Virus record (IMG/VR): IMGVR_UViG_3300025466_000015
Length of the DNA stretch: 64,000 bases
Strand: one strand, 5' to 3'
Source of the DNA: a virus
In this document: positions 37,200 to 46,631 of the stretch, in pieces
Numbering within the stretch: the first letter of the stretch is position 1
How the letters are laid out: each line of letters starts with the position of its first letter
Position numbers and translations under genes: made by a program
Notes under the pieces: generated by a model
Told to the model about the DNA's origin: nothing
What the model saw: only the letters and a program-made list of their open reading frames with translations
Databases searched by the model: none

Positions 37200-37466
37200 A
37201 TGCGTACTAAGAGACTAATTCCGTATTTCAACAACAGCCAAAAAGTCCGTGTTATTGTAGACGGAGTTGGTATCTACATGACCGTTGGTCAGGTTGAAAA
37301 CTTGTTTGCCACGACCGGTCACCAAGTTGCAGTATGGAGAGCATTGGAAATCCTTGGTCTTGACAGACTGAAGAATCCGGAAATAACAGGTCTTGGCACC
37401 TCTGTTAAAATATATGACAATGCCATTCATTCAAAAACCATTCCTGTTCAGGTGGATCTATTATGA
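37200..37466 (+). CDS. Hypothetical protein
   Basis: AAGGAG RBS. Confidence 0.5.
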   Translation: MRTKRLIPYFNNSQKVRVIVDGVGIYMTVGQVENLFATTGHQVAVWRALEILGLDRLKNPEITGLGTSVKIYDNAIHSKTIPVQVDLL

Positions 37467-37632
37467 TTTTAAAAGAATTTTTATTTTTTATATCAATGGT
37501 GTTAATTGCTATTGGTCTAGCTTTGATTACCACACCAGAATACACCTGCGTTAATGGCAAAAGGTACGAAGTGACCAAAGGTATGTTGATCTCAACTGGT
37601 CAAGAATGTTTACCTATTGATAAGGACTAAAA

Positions 37633-37890
37633 ATGACAGGTTTTAATTCTAAGAAAGCCATGGCCAATGATAGAATGGCCGAATTGATTAAAGAAGCCAC
37701 AGCTCTGGCATGGGTTGACCGTGTTGCTCGTGGTCCTGTGCCAATGTATGCGGAAGAGCATATGATTAAATTGGCCGAGTTGATTGTTCGGGAATGTGCT
37801 GAATTTGCTAACGAACATAATACAGAGTCCGAAGGTGTCACTCTTGGTATAGGCAAGGCGATTAAAGAACATTTCGGAGTTGAAGAATGA
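37633..37890 (+). CDS. FAELIVREC/HFGVEE family small protein, copy 1
   Basis: NDRMAELIKEA...KLAELIVRECA...IKEHFGVEE. Confidence 0.7.
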   Translation: MTGFNSKKAMANDRMAELIKEATALAWVDRVARGPVPMYAEEHMIKLAELIVRECAEFANEHNTESEGVTLGIGKAIKEHFGVEE

Positions 37891-38090
37891 ACGAACGAAT
37901 TAGACAACTGGCTGAACAGGCTGGTGCTTCGATGTTACACGGAGGAGAACTATCATTCTTTGGTAATACCTCTATTGAAAAGTTCGCCGAGTTGATTGTG
38001 AGAGAATGTGCTGATATTGCAACAATCAATTCACACCAATGGCACTCTGCTGGCAGATTTGTACTAACACATTTCGGAGTTGAAGAATGA
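37887..38090 (+). CDS. FAELIVREC/HFGVEE family small protein, copy 2
   Basis: MNERIRQLAEQA...EKFAELIVRECA...HFGVEE. Confidence 0.75.
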   Translation: MNERIRQLAEQAGASMLHGGELSFFGNTSIEKFAELIVRECADIATINSHQWHSAGRFVLTHFGVEE

Positions 38091-38281
38091 ACGAACGAAT
38101 TCGAGAACTTGTTAAGCAAGCCACTACTATCGAAGAACATAAGTGGGGAGTAAGTTATGATAATTTCAATAAAGAAAAGTTCGCCGAGTTGATTGTGAGA
38201 GAATGTATGTCATATATGGAAGATGGTGATATTGACTTTGCCAAGTTTATGATTAAACAACATTTCGGAGTTGAAGAATGA
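38087..38281 (+). CDS. FAELIVREC/HFGVEE family small protein, copy 3
   Basis: MNERIRELVKQA...EKFAELIVREC...IKQHFGVEE. Confidence 0.75.
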   Translation: MNERIRELVKQATTIEEHKWGVSYDNFNKEKFAELIVRECMSYMEDGDIDFAKFMIKQHFGVEE

Positions 38282-38472
38282 CACCTAAATTTTTACAACT
38301 ACTTGAAAAATGCATTCTTGACGGAGTTATTCTTGGACATACAAGAGCGTACAAACACACCGATAGTCCAAGTGAATCGGATATTAACCAATCAATTGTG
38401 AATGAAGTGTTCAACGAAATACATGAATGGTTTGATTTTGATGAACAAGGCTTTAAAGGAGCAAAAGAATGA
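38278..38472 (+). CDS. Hypothetical protein
   Basis: Translationally coupled via ATGA; RAYKHTDSP...EWFDF. Confidence 0.55.
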   Translation: MTPKFLQLLEKCILDGVILGHTRAYKHTDSPSESDINQSIVNEVFNEIHEWFDFDEQGFKGAKE

Positions 38473-38675
38473 AACCGTATTATCTAATGAAAGAAACCAC
38501 TAAATGGGGTTCGTACAATGTTGGCAATGGTTTTTATATCTTTAAAGATAAACCAACCAACAAGAGAATAAACAAAGCTTTTGGTTATGTCACACCAAAA
38601 GGTGATGAATTGAAGTGGTTTACATTACCTTTGGATATTGATTTCAAAGGCCGTAAGTTTGAAGAAGTTTTGTAA
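38469..38675 (+). CDS. Hypothetical protein
   Basis: KETTKW...GRKFEEV. Confidence 0.5.
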   Translation: MKPYYLMKETTKWGSYNVGNGFYIFKDKPTNKRINKAFGYVTPKGDELKWFTLPLDIDFKGRKFEEVL

Positions 38676-38693
38676 TAACAGGAGAATAAAAGA

Positions 38694-38990
38694 ATGATAA
38701 ACACCACACATAATTTGAAGATTGTTAATATAACCGATTTTGCACCGAATACACCGCCTGCAAGTAATATATTTTTAGCGTATCAGATAGCACAAGGCTC
38801 AAATCCAGGTTCTGCCATTTTAATCAATACGCCATATTACTATCCATCCTCAACTGCTACTTTTGAGAGTGTGCTAAAACCGCCAGTTCAGCCGGTTTAT
38901 GATGCTAATTATGCTATGTTAGTTGGCACCAATCCATTAGGAGCGATCCTTGGGTATAACGCCCCACTTCTTAATCCTATACATTCATAA
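38694..38990 (+). CDS. Hypothetical protein
   Basis: AGGAG RBS. Confidence 0.45.
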   Translation: MINTTHNLKIVNITDFAPNTPPASNIFLAYQIAQGSNPGSAILINTPYYYPSSTATFESVLKPPVQPVYDANYAMLVGTNPLGAILGYNAPLLNPIHS

Positions 38991-39252
38991 AATGAGTACT
39001 TTAGTTATATTGATTGAATTACTGGTTGAATTCAGTCTAAAGTGACGTATTTTGAGCCTCTGGATGCGCTTTGGAGCGCTTTCCAGAGCCATTTTGATAC
39101 TAGGACCTACCCTACCCTGACCCTATAATACTTGACCGGACTGCTGTAATACTTTTTACTACGGTTGACAACCACACCAGTCCTGTTATAATTCTTTTAT
39201 TGATTCAGTAATTCTTACTGTTCTTTTTAAGTCTTATTTAACAGGAGTTTTT

Positions 39253-40074
39253 ATGCCAAGAGGTGTTCCAAATGCTGGTTTCCGTAGAACCAAAAACCAA
39301 AAAAACGGTCCAGTTACCACAACCAAGTATCTGAAGCCAACTGTTACATTTCAACCAACAGTTGATGCGCCAAAATGCCCCTTTTCAGTAGTTGAGCGTT
39401 TTGATTTTATTACCAAATTCGTCAAATTGCTTGCCAAAGGCACAATCAATTCTTTTGTGTTGACAGGTTCTGGCGGTATTGGTAAAACCACAACCGTGAT
39501 TCAAACGCTCAATTCGCTCGGATTGCGTGAAGATATGCCTGAGCAACCTGCTGGTGACTTCATGGTTATCCGTGGCTTCTCTACACCAAAAGCTCTGTAT
39601 GAAACACTATTCGAATTCAAGGATAAGATTCTTATTCTAGATGACGCTGACCAAGTGTTCCGTGATCCTTTGGGTTCCAATTTGCTCAAAGCGGCACTTG
39701 ACGATAAAAAAGTCCGTGTTATCAATTGGAATACATCCAGAGAAGACGCCGATGTACCATCAAGGTTCACATATACAGGCAAGATTATTTTTATCTCCAA
39801 CCTGTCCATCGCTCAATTCCCACAAGCTATTATCAGCCGTTCACAAAAGGTTGACTTGACGCTGAATATTGAGGAAAAAGTTGATATCATTACCGAGGTT
39901 TTCAAACACGTTGACAAACCTGCCAAAGTAAAAGCTGATGTATTGGCTTTTGTGAAAAAACACGCCAAGAAAGCCAACGATTTGAATATTCGTTCCGCTA
40001 TGAATTTATTTCCTTTAATCGAGGACTTTGGTTCCGATTGGGAAAGAATTGCAGAATACAGTTTTTGTAGTTAA
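39253..40074 (+). CDS. AAA+ ATPase
   Basis: Walker A GSGGIGKT, Walker B LILDDAD, IFISN sensor, AIISR arginine finger; promoter at 39165-39192. Confidence 0.85.
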   Translation: MPRGVPNAGFRRTKNQKNGPVTTTKYLKPTVTFQPTVDAPKCPFSVVERFDFITKFVKLLAKGTINSFVLTGSGGIGKTTTVIQTLNSLGLREDMPEQPAGDFMVIRGFSTPKALYETLFEFKDKILILDDADQVFRDPLGSNLLKAALDDKKVRVINWNTSREDADVPSRFTYTGKIIFISNLSIAQFPQAIISRSQKVDLTLNIEEKVDIITEVFKHVDKPAKVKADVLAFVKKHAKKANDLNIRSAMNLFPLIEDFGSDWERIAEYSFCS

Positions 40075-40152
40075 AATACAACACACCAAGGATATGCTTG
40101 CCATATCCTCTGGTTCTGGTATAATAGAGTCATAATTTAACAGGAGTAAAAC

Positions 40153-40533
40153 ATGGGTTTAGATATGTACGCATGGCGTGTTAAGGCAGAGAATGCCGTT
40201 GGTGATTTTGATTTTAATGGCAACGATGAAAACAAACCAATAGAATTGTTCTATTGGCGCAAACATCACGACCTACATGGTTGGATGGAAAACCTTTATG
40301 CAAGTAAAGGCGGTGACCACGAATTCAATTGTATTCCTGTTCGTCTTACATTAGAGGACTTGGACAATTTGGAAAAAGATATAAGAAGCAAAATGTTGCC
40401 AGAAACTAGAGGTTTCTTTTTTGGTGATAATCCTCCTGATGAGGAATCTAATCTTAGAGATTTGGATTTTATTGAAGAAGCCAGAGATGCAATCGAAGCT
40501 GGTGATGCTGTTTATTATGATTCATGGTGGTAA
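40153..40533 (+). CDS. Conserved phage hypothetical protein (MGLDMY family)
   Basis: MGLDMY, YWRKHHDLHGWM, GFFFG, VYYDSWW; promoter at 40098-40125. Confidence 0.65.
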   Translation: MGLDMYAWRVKAENAVGDFDFNGNDENKPIELFYWRKHHDLHGWMENLYASKGGDHEFNCIPVRLTLEDLDNLEKDIRSKMLPETRGFFFGDNPPDEESNLRDLDFIEEARDAIEAGDAVYYDSWW

Positions 40534-40534
40534 T

Positions 40535-40771
40535 ATGAAAAAATTTATGTTCATTGGTAAATACTGGATACCATTCCCATCCTCGGAATACGGAGGTTCT
40601 TGGTCTGTTATTGCCGCAGATAAGAGTGAGGTAGCGACCTTGCTAAGAACGCAGGTAACAGATTCCTACACCCAATATGATGACAATATGTTGGAATCTA
40701 TTGAGAAAGCCAAATACTTTGAATTGGCTTGTGAACCAAAATCCATGGTTGTTGATACGTTCTTTACCTAA
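40535..40771 (+). CDS. Hypothetical protein
   Basis: YWIPFPSSEYGG. Confidence 0.55.
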   Translation: MKKFMFIGKYWIPFPSSEYGGSWSVIAADKSEVATLLRTQVTDSYTQYDDNMLESIEKAKYFELACEPKSMVVDTFFT

Positions 40772-40845
40772 AAATGTGCTTGCCAACCACCAGCTGGTTG
40801 GTATATAATCTCGGTGTCCCCCCTTAAAATTGATTGGAGTTTGTT

Positions 40846-41997
40846 ATGACGTTTAATAAGAATGCTAAAGCTTTTATCTTAGCAGCTGAAGAAAAATTCG
40901 GTATCTCTGCCATTATCACCAGAGACGATATCAACCGAGTTGTACATGAAACTGGTGTACCATATCCCTATTGGTTGGTATCCAAAGCAGAGTATCGTGC
41001 TGGCCACGGTAAATATTCTGTACCAGATATTGGTTCTAAACCTATTGCTGTTGTTGAACCTGAACCTGAACTAGAGGTTGCTCTAATGAATTCTACTATA
41101 TTGAGACAACCAAAACTATTGGATGAATCCGATCCATCCATTCCTGATGTATACGCTGACTATGTACCATTTGGTTTCTACCATGATTTGGTCCGTATTG
41201 TAAAATCTAAAATGTATTATCCCGTGTTTGTAACTGGCCTATCAGGCAATGGTAAGACCTTGATGGTTGAGCAGACTTGTGCCAGTTTGAAACGTGAATG
41301 TATCCGTGTAAATATCTCTATTGAAACCGATGAGTCTGACCTATTGGGTGGTCCTACATTGGTGAATGGCTCTGTTGTGAATCGTGATGGTCCTGTTTTG
41401 ATTGCTATGAAACGTGGTGCCATTCTATTGATTGATGAGATTGACCGTGGTTCTAATAAACTAATGTGCTTACAAGGTATTCTTGAAGGCAAACCATATT
41501 ACAATAAGAAAACTGGCGAGTTGGTCAAACCTGCTCCTGGTTTCAATGTTGTTGCTACTGCCAATACAAAAGGTCGTGGCTCTGAAGAAGGTCGCTTTCT
41601 ATCCCAAATTCTTGATGATGCCTTCTTAGAGAGATTCCCAATTACAGTTGAACAGGAATATCCTGATGCCAAAACAGAGGCAAAGATTCTAATGCCTTTG
41701 ATTGAAGATAAAGAATTTGTAAAGTGTCTTGTCAAATGGGCTGATGTAGTTCGCCAATCGTTTGACCAAGGCGCTACTGATGAGATTATATCTACACGCC
41801 GTCTAGTTCATATTGCTAAGGCGTTTAACATATTTGGTGACCGTATGAGAGCAATTGAACTATGTGTCAATCGTTTTGATACAGAAACCAAGACAGCATT
41901 CTTAGACTTGTATTCTAAAGTGGATGCTGAAGTCAACGCACCTGTGGCCAATACTGTAACACCAACAGTTGCTACAAGTGATGAAGTACCATTCTAA
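40846..41997 (+). CDS. MoxR/CbbQ-type AAA+ ATPase (CobS-like)
   Basis: GLSGNGKT, LLIDEID, ATANTKGRG, AFLERF, ISTRRLV. Confidence 0.88.
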   Translation: MTFNKNAKAFILAAEEKFGISAIITRDDINRVVHETGVPYPYWLVSKAEYRAGHGKYSVPDIGSKPIAVVEPEPELEVALMNSTILRQPKLLDESDPSIPDVYADYVPFGFYHDLVRIVKSKMYYPVFVTGLSGNGKTLMVEQTCASLKRECIRVNISIETDESDLLGGPTLVNGSVVNRDGPVLIAMKRGAILLIDEIDRGSNKLMCLQGILEGKPYYNKKTGELVKPAPGFNVVATANTKGRGSEEGRFLSQILDDAFLERFPITVEQEYPDAKTEAKILMPLIEDKEFVKCLVKWADVVRQSFDQGATDEIISTRRLVHIAKAFNIFGDRMRAIELCVNRFDTETKTAFLDLYSKVDAEVNAPVANTVTPTVATSDEVPF

Positions 41998-42016
41998 TTG
42001 AAAAGGAAATTATATT

Positions 42017-42337
42017 ATGAAAACTATTCGCAAAGGTAAAATTAACCGCCATGAAAAAATTACTATCTTGCTCTTATCGGGAAAGCCAGTATCACCACGG
42101 GAAATATTCCATGTGTTCGAAGGCACCGACCAAGAAAAAGTCTTATACAGACTATCCACCAACATCTATAACATCCGTAAAGATGGTGGGATTATTAGAG
42201 TCATTAAAGATGGACGAAAAGTATCTGCCTATCAGTTACTTAACCCCGAAGAATTCAACCTATATGGCCGTTATGTGGGTAAACCTGTAACACCAGTACC
42301 TGTTGAAGAAACTGAAGAAGAATTGGCTGAGGTATAA
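42017..42337 (+). CDS. Putative winged-helix DNA-binding protein
   Basis: LLSGKPVSPREI...YRLSTNIYNIRKDGGII...AYQL. Confidence 0.55.
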   Translation: MKTIRKGKINRHEKITILLLSGKPVSPREIFHVFEGTDQEKVLYRLSTNIYNIRKDGGIIRVIKDGRKVSAYQLLNPEEFNLYGRYVGKPVTPVPVEETEEELAEV

Positions 42338-42338
42338 C

Positions 42339-42572
42339 ATGATTAATTTTAATGTTAAAAGTGATACTAAAACAACTGAGGCTGTGCTCAAATTAATTTT
42401 AGTAATCTGTATTGTTTCTTTACAGACATTTATTATCTATTGGTGTTGGAATAATTTCTTTGTTGGTGCCATTGATGGTGTCAAAGAAATTGGTTTCTTT
42501 CAAGCAATGTTTATCAAAGTAATGATTTCTGCTCTAACTTCTAAAGATATTAATATGGAGTATAAAGCATGA
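42339..42572 (+). CDS. Small membrane protein
   Basis: Hydrophobic helix; WCWN...EIGFFQA. Confidence 0.5.
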   Translation: MINFNVKSDTKTTEAVLKLILVICIVSLQTFIIYWCWNNFFVGAIDGVKEIGFFQAMFIKVMISALTSKDINMEYKA

Positions 42573-42793
42573 ACGAATGGGATCGTGACAATTTAGAATT
42601 CATTAAAGGTTGTGATGAAGCTGAGTTTGATGACTGGATGGATCAAGCAACTAATGATGATATTCAATATGCTCTTGAGTTGATTAAGATGGGTAAACAA
42701 GAGTTAGCTGCCAGAGCATTTCTATTGGCTGAGGATTTAGAGATAAATGATTTCTCTGATGCTCGTTCTTTTATTGAGAGGATTAAAAAATGA
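42569..42793 (+). CDS. Hypothetical protein
   Basis: MNEWDRDNLEFI...DDIQYALEL. Confidence 0.55.
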   Translation: MNEWDRDNLEFIKGCDEAEFDDWMDQATNDDIQYALELIKMGKQELAARAFLLAEDLEINDFSDARSFIERIKK

Positions 42794-43020
42794 GAACACT
42801 TATATTATGTGGATTGTTATTGAGTTTGGTTGCTTGTGCAAGTAATCCAAAGTTAGAAGGTTTTGATAAACCTAAGGTTATATCACGCAATGAAGTAATC
42901 CAAAGTGCCAAGGATTGCATCAACGCCAAAATGAAACCTACGGTTCAGTACTTGCCACAGAAGACGGATAATGGTACAATCATGTTACCAGTTGAAGTTC
43001 ATTGTGATGTTTATAAGTAA
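42790..43020 (+). CDS. Lipoprotein
   Basis: Lipobox LVAC. Confidence 0.6.
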   Translation: MRTLILCGLLLSLVACASNPKLEGFDKPKVISRNEVIQSAKDCINAKMKPTVQYLPQKTDNGTIMLPVEVHCDVYK

Positions 43021-43028
43021 GGTGTAAT

Positions 43029-43439
43029 ATGTTTGATTCTCTAGCACATTTTGGTTTAACCATTGAAGTGTTACAAGCTTTGATTATTGGTGGTGTATTA
43101 ATTGTTATCATTGGCACATTTTGGCATTATATTCTAGCAGGTTGTGCTGTTGTATTTTGCCTATGTGTATTGTGTGCAAATGTTAAACCATCGGATAAAA
43201 TAGAACAACCAGTTGCTTCTGTTAAACCAATTGTGCCGTCAACACCAGTTGAAACAGAGAAACAAAGATGGCACCGCCAGTTCATGGAAGATTGTACCAC
43301 AGTTGCTGACAATTCAACCGAGACTTGTGAAAACATTTGGAATGACCGTATGATGGATGAATCACACATTCAGGTTAATCCTGATGCTGATATTCAACCA
43401 ACATCTTTTAAAGGAATAAAAAGTGATAACATATTGTGA
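43029..43439 (+). CDS. Membrane-anchored hypothetical protein
   Basis: Two N-terminal hydrophobic helices. Confidence 0.55.
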   Translation: MFDSLAHFGLTIEVLQALIIGGVLIVIIGTFWHYILAGCAVVFCLCVLCANVKPSDKIEQPVASVKPIVPSTPVETEKQRWHRQFMEDCTTVADNSTETCENIWNDRMMDESHIQVNPDADIQPTSFKGIKSDNIL

Positions 43440-44019
43440 AAATTATTTGTATGCTTTTGAAACTAATGAAATAGATAATCAATTGCTATACAGAGATTGT
43501 GTAAAATCTGAAATGGTGATACTGAAATATTTTCCTCAAAAAGAAAATGGTTGGTATGGAAACAAAACAAGCGCAGCCAATCAGCAATACAATTTACTTA
43601 CCTTTACCTCAAAGCAACTAAATCAATTATACCATATTTTGGTTAAGAATGTAACACCATTATTAGAACAAGAAACAACTTACATGATTAAAAGTTGGAT
43701 GAATGTGTATAGAAAAGGTGATAAAGTATCGATGCATGCTCATTGGCCTTCACAGTATCGAGTTTGGCATGGATTCTATTGTGTAAATGTTGGTGAAAAT
43801 GAATCTGCGACCATCTATAAAATTCCAGGTGTAGAAGATGAAATAACTGTACCTAGTAAAAATGGATTATTGGTCATAGGTAAAAGTGATGGTGATAAAC
43901 ATCGAAGTACCGAATGGACAAGGACAGATAGTTTTAGAATAACTTTGGCTTTTGATATTGTGCCTGTACAATATTTGGATTTCTGGAAAATAAACTATTT
44001 TATACCATTTAAACCTTAA
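43423..44019 (+). CDS. Putative 2OG-Fe(II) oxygenase-fold protein
   Basis: SWMNVY...HAH...H...RITLAFD. Confidence 0.6.
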   Translation: MITYCENYLYAFETNEIDNQLLYRDCVKSEMVILKYFPQKENGWYGNKTSAANQQYNLLTFTSKQLNQLYHILVKNVTPLLEQETTYMIKSWMNVYRKGDKVSMHAHWPSQYRVWHGFYCVNVGENESATIYKIPGVEDEITVPSKNGLLVIGKSDGDKHRSTEWTRTDSFRITLAFDIVPVQYLDFWKINYFIPFKP

Positions 44020-44029
44020 GGAGAAAAAA

Positions 44030-44401
44030 ATGATTGAATTATACCGTGGAATTTTAGATAAGTACACATCTAATATCCGTAAAATGGAAGATGATTTCAA
44101 GGATTTAGTTAGAGAATCCTATGCGTCTGATCCAGCCAACACAATGCATGGTGCTTCAGGATTTTGGAATTTCCTATTGGAAATTACCTTGACATTATTC
44201 GTCAAATCGTTTATAATCCTATCTGTATTGTTAACTGTGGCATTGGCAATTCTATTCTTTCCGTTAAATGCTGTATTGAATGCTTTCATGTATGTGATGC
44301 CTAGATTTGACAATAGATTTGTTGAAGAACCTGTTAAACAAGAACCAAAGATTGATGTACCTGTGGCAATAATTAGCCAAACCGACAAGGATAAAAAATG
44401 A
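44030..44401 (+). CDS. Membrane protein
   Basis: AAGGAG RBS; long hydrophobic stretch. Confidence 0.55.
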   Translation: MIELYRGILDKYTSNIRKMEDDFKDLVRESYASDPANTMHGASGFWNFLLEITLTLFVKSFIILSVLLTVALAILFFPLNAVLNAFMYVMPRFDNRFVEEPVKQEPKIDVPVAIISQTDKDKK

Positions 44402-45213
44402 AAATCGCTCTCTGCTCAGACCTCCACTTAGAATTTGCCGACATCATTTTAAAGAATGATGAGAATGCCGATGTGTTGATTCTGGGTGGAGATATTTGTA
44501 CCGCTGTAGATTTACCTTATTCCGATTCAGATAGAGGCCAACGATTTAGAGATTTCTTTTCTCGTTGCGCCTTTCAATTTCCACATGTAATCTACATCAT
44601 GGGTAACCATGAACATTACAATGGTGATTACCAACATTCGGCTCAGTACATCAGAGCTGAAGTATGCAAGTATGACAACTTTTATTTCTTAGATAAAGAG
44701 TCTAAAGAAATTGCTGATGTTGTATTCATTGGTGGCACATTGTGGACTGATATGAACAAGGAAGATCCTATCACACTATGGGACATTAGTCGTTGTATGA
44801 ATGACTTCCGTATTGTAAAAAATTCTGCTCGTAAAGTTGGATCATCTGATAGACCTTCTAGATTCTTGCCTGAAGATGCTGTTGAAAACCATAAAGCAAT
44901 GGTGTCCTATATTGACACCACATTGAAAGATGTGGCGCCATGGAAATCTGTTGTTGTGGTTGGTCATCATGCACCATCTAAGCAATCAACTAAGCCTAGA
45001 TATAAAGATGACTATCATATGAATGGTGGTTATAGTTCTGATTTGGAATCATTCATCATTGACAGACCACAAATCAAATTATGGACACATGGCCACACAC
45101 ATGATGAATTTGATTATATGATTGGTTCTACCCGTGTTGTTTGTAACCCACGTGGTTATGATGCTTATGAAGAACAAGCAGATAGATTCAAATTAAAGTA
45201 TATTGAGGTGTGA
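44398..45213 (+). CDS. Calcineurin-like metallophosphoesterase
   Basis: SDLH, GGDI, GNHE, HHAP, HGHTH, NPRGY. Confidence 0.9.
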   Translation: MKIALCSDLHLEFADIILKNDENADVLILGGDICTAVDLPYSDSDRGQRFRDFFSRCAFQFPHVIYIMGNHEHYNGDYQHSAQYIRAEVCKYDNFYFLDKESKEIADVVFIGGTLWTDMNKEDPITLWDISRCMNDFRIVKNSARKVGSSDRPSRFLPEDAVENHKAMVSYIDTTLKDVAPWKSVVVVGHHAPSKQSTKPRYKDDYHMNGGYSSDLESFIIDRPQIKLWTHGHTHDEFDYMIGSTRVVCNPRGYDAYEEQADRFKLKYIEV

Positions 45214-45214
45214 T

Positions 45215-45553
45215 ATGGGAATGTTTGACTATGTTCACTATCAAGGTAAGGAGTATCAATCAAAAGATACTCCTAACCAATTAATAGACAATTACAAAAT
45301 TGAGGTTGACCAAGAATCTGGTCAAGAGTATCTTTGGGTTGAAGAATATGATTCTGAATATGTTGAAGAAGAAGGATATTTTCTTGGCGGTTATCTAAAA
45401 CAATTTAATGAACGATGGGTTTTTCTAGAAGACTTTGATGGTCTAATAAAGATATACCGACAGTCGGATGATAAGACAAAATGGATCACATACAAGTTTT
45501 TGTTTATGAATGGTCGTATGATTAAGAAACAATATTTTGAGGAAAATGAATGA
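45215..45553 (+). CDS. Hypothetical protein
   Basis: MGMFDY...YQSKD; GAGG RBS. Confidence 0.55.
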   Translation: MGMFDYVHYQGKEYQSKDTPNQLIDNYKIEVDQESGQEYLWVEEYDSEYVEEEGYFLGGYLKQFNERWVFLEDFDGLIKIYRQSDDKTKWITYKFLFMNGRMIKKQYFEENE

Positions 45554-45858
45554 TGAGTGATAAGAAATTGTATTTGGTTGAAACAGTATCCATGTTTCGT
45601 ATGCGTTATGTCATTGAATCTGAAGATGAGTCCCATGCTCTTGATGAAGTAACAATTCATGCCACAGGTGGTGAAACATTAAAAGAATTCTCACAGAAAC
45701 ATATTGATGAAGTCATTGTATCATCAAGAAAAATATCCAATAAATCTTATTTGAAGTTGTTTGATAAAGATAATGACTATCTTAAAAATTGGAATGAAGA
45801 ACAAAAGTTACAATATGTAAACTGGATTGACTATGAAAAGAATTCTAATAACGGGTGA
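45550..45858 (+). CDS. Hypothetical protein
   Basis: LVETVSMFRMRYVIE...EFSQKHIDE. Confidence 0.55.
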   Translation: MMSDKKLYLVETVSMFRMRYVIESEDESHALDEVTIHATGGETLKEFSQKHIDEVIVSSRKISNKSYLKLFDKDNDYLKNWNEEQKLQYVNWIDYEKNSNNG

Positions 45859-46630
45859 TAAAGGTTATATTGGCCAACATCTGCGTAAGATGTTAGAAGG
45901 TGAATATGATGTTGATGGTGTTGATATGAAATATGACAAAGACATCTTTGATTTGACATATTCTATTCATAACCAACACTATGATACTGTGGTTCATCTA
46001 GCGGCTTTTGTTAAAGTAAATCAATCAATTCATTTTCCATATCAATATTATCACAACAATATTGATGGTACCAGAGTTGTTCTTGTGAATTGTAATTATG
46101 ATAATTTCATCTTTGCTTCAACAGGTGCAGCCGAGAATCCTGTAAGTCCTTATGGATTATCCAAACGTGCAGCCGAGGATGTTGTAAAAGAATATTGTAC
46201 TCGGTATTCCAAGGATTATACCATATTCCGGTTTTATAATGTCGTTGGATCAGATGGATTTGAACCAACTAATCCAGATGGTCTAATGTTGAACCTGATG
46301 AAATCCGAAGCGTCAGGACAGTTTAATCTGTATGGATATGACTATGACACACCAGATGGTACGGCACTCAGGGATTACGTCCATGTCAATGAGATATGTA
46401 CTGCCATTAAGAAAGCCATAGAGAAACCTGCCAATGGATTAGAAAACCTAGGACATGGTGAAGGAACATCCGTATTGGATATGGTAGAGACATTCAAGAG
46501 GGTAAATTCAATTGACTTCAAGGTTAACCTGTGTGACAGGAGACCTGGAGATTTACCGGTTTCCGTTCTAAAAAATGTCTCGCCATATATGGAAAAACAG
46601 TATACAATAGAAAAATTACTGGAGATTTGA
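45833..46630 (+). CDS. UDP-glucose 4-epimerase-like SDR
   Basis: ILITGDKGYIG, VHLAA, YGLSK, FRFYNVVG, DGTALRDYVHV, RRPGD. Confidence 0.85.
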   Translation: MKRILITGDKGYIGQHLRKMLEGEYDVDGVDMKYDKDIFDLTYSIHNQHYDTVVHLAAFVKVNQSIHFPYQYYHNNIDGTRVVLVNCNYDNFIFASTGAAENPVSPYGLSKRAAEDVVKEYCTRYSKDYTIFRFYNVVGSDGFEPTNPDGLMLNLMKSEASGQFNLYGYDYDTPDGTALRDYVHVNEICTAIKKAIEKPANGLENLGHGEGTSVLDMVETFKRVNSIDFKVNLCDRRPGDLPVSVLKNVSPYMEKQYTIEKLLEI

Positions 46631-46631
46631 A

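Larger units (their letters stand above)
37869..38281 (+). repeat. Two alternating constant DNA repeats across tandem paralogs
   Basis: Repeat A ACATTTCGGAGTTGAAGAATGA(ACGAACGAATT) at 37869, 38069 and 38260; repeat B GAAAAGTTCGCCGAGTTGATTGTGAGAGAATGT at 37977 and 38174. Confidence 0.9.

Noticed and set aside
37633-38281. Diversity-generating retroelement
   Set aside because: No reverse transcriptase in the window, and differences are not adenine-specific
40846-41997. Cobalamin synthesis (cobS/cobT) as an auxiliary metabolic function
   Set aside because: No cobN or other cob genes here; motifs support only a generic MoxR AAA+/VWA pair
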